From: the human T2T-CHM13v2.0 reference genome, Homo sapiens
Reading direction: 5' to 3' (one strand)
Assembly (NCBI RefSeq): GCF_009914755.1
Contig: NC_060938.1
DNA length: 64,000 bases
Below the pieces are notes generated by a model. That model had not been told where the DNA came from and made no database searches. It was given only the letters and a program-made list of their open reading frames with translations. Below are positions 62,850-64,000 of the stretch, piece by piece. The position numbers were made by a program, and so were the translations under genes. How positions within the stretch are numbered: the stretch's first letter is position 1; every line of letters begins with the position of its first letter.

Positions 62850-64000
62850 TAAGAGTCTGGGGAGACTGGAGCAGCTAGAATTTGCAGGACAGAGGACTGG
62901 AGAGGAAGGAGCTGCAGGGAGATGTTCACAGGTTTACAGAAGGTTCCTCTCGAGTAGTCAGAAGAGTACTGATCAGCACACATATGTGAGGAAACCAACC
63001 AAGGCCAAGGAAAGAACCATAAGAAAGGTGGCAGGGTGCTCCCACAGGGCCAGGAATAGTGCCTCTTCCCACAAGCCAGACTGAAAAACCTCATAATTCA
63101 TAAAGCACTGGGCTTAGTGCTCAGAGTAGTCTTCCCTTAGGAGTGGAGAATAATTATCTCTAGAATGAGCCCTGCTCTGAACCCATTTAATAGACTTTAG
63201 GCAAGGATCAAACTGTTCCCTAGTAACTTAACTGCACCCCAGAACAGAAATAAAAAATATTAATAGGAATACTAAAATATCCAGCATCTAACAAGATACA
63301 ATTCACAACTTCTGGCTTCCAATTAAAAAATGTAAGGCATACAAAGGAGCAGGAAAATACAATCATAATAAGGATAAAAATAAATCAAGCAAAATGAACA
63401 CAGAACTGAGATGTTTGAATTAGCAGAAAAGAACATTAAAACAGGTGTTACAGCTGTATTGCATATGCTCAAAAGTTATGTAGAGACACGAAAGATTTTT
63501 TTTAAATCCAAATTGAGGTACTAGAAATGAAAACTGCAGTGCATAAGATAAAAAATACACTGAATGGGATTCACAACAGGTTAAACACTGCAGTAGAAAG
63601 AAAATAGTTAATTTGAAGATGTAGCAATAGAAATTATGCAAATGAAACACACACAAAAAAATTTAAGAAATGGACAAACCATCAGTGAGCTGTGGGACAA
63701 CTTCAAGTAACACAATCTACATTTTATTGGAGTCCCCAGAGAATAGGAGGTAGGAGGAGAAACAGGAAAAAAAAATTCAAAGAAATCATGGCTTAGAAAT
63801 TTCCAAATTTGATTAAAAAAACTATAAAGCCACATAACCAAGAAGCTCAATGAATCCCAAACACAAGAAACATGAAGAAAACTATACCAAGGCATATTAT
63901 AGTCAAATTTCTCAGCACCAATGATTAAGAGATCATCTTAAAAGAGGTTAAGAAAAAAGGACATATTACACACAGAGGAACGAAAATAAGAATGACAACA
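62850..64000 (+). mobile_element. Old L1M 5' region and ORF1, running off the window end
   Basis: ORF1-like cagtgagctgtgggacaacttcaag...ttggagtcccaga...aaactataccaaggcatattatagtcaaatt. Confidence 0.7.

Overview
Hominid, most likely human, non-coding DNA: it contains an SVA, a near-consensus AluYc1-type Alu and an L1PA2 3' end. No intact protein-coding gene is supported. More than half the window is transposable elements: two long minus-strand L1PA elements, an L1PB with an SVA in its tail, an Hsmar2 mariner, and many Alu, L2, MIR, MaLR and hAT pieces. It holds two gene fossils. One is a processed BRD7 pseudogene (~31.45-33.68 kb). The other, invisible in the ORF track, is a five-exon unprocessed DHRS2-like short-chain dehydrogenase pseudogene (8688-11370, +) with conserved exon phases and catalytic YxxxK motif but broken splice sites and stops. 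That pairing suggests the DHRS2-DHRS4 interval of human 14q11.2 (from memory, not verified). The most unusual structural signal is that the two long L1s have different target-site duplications yet share an ORF2 frameshift, an ORF2 nonsense codon and many other non-consensus variants, pointing to kilobase-scale gene conversion or copying of a dead L1. All family and subfamily calls are by recognition of recalled consensus sequences, not database searches.
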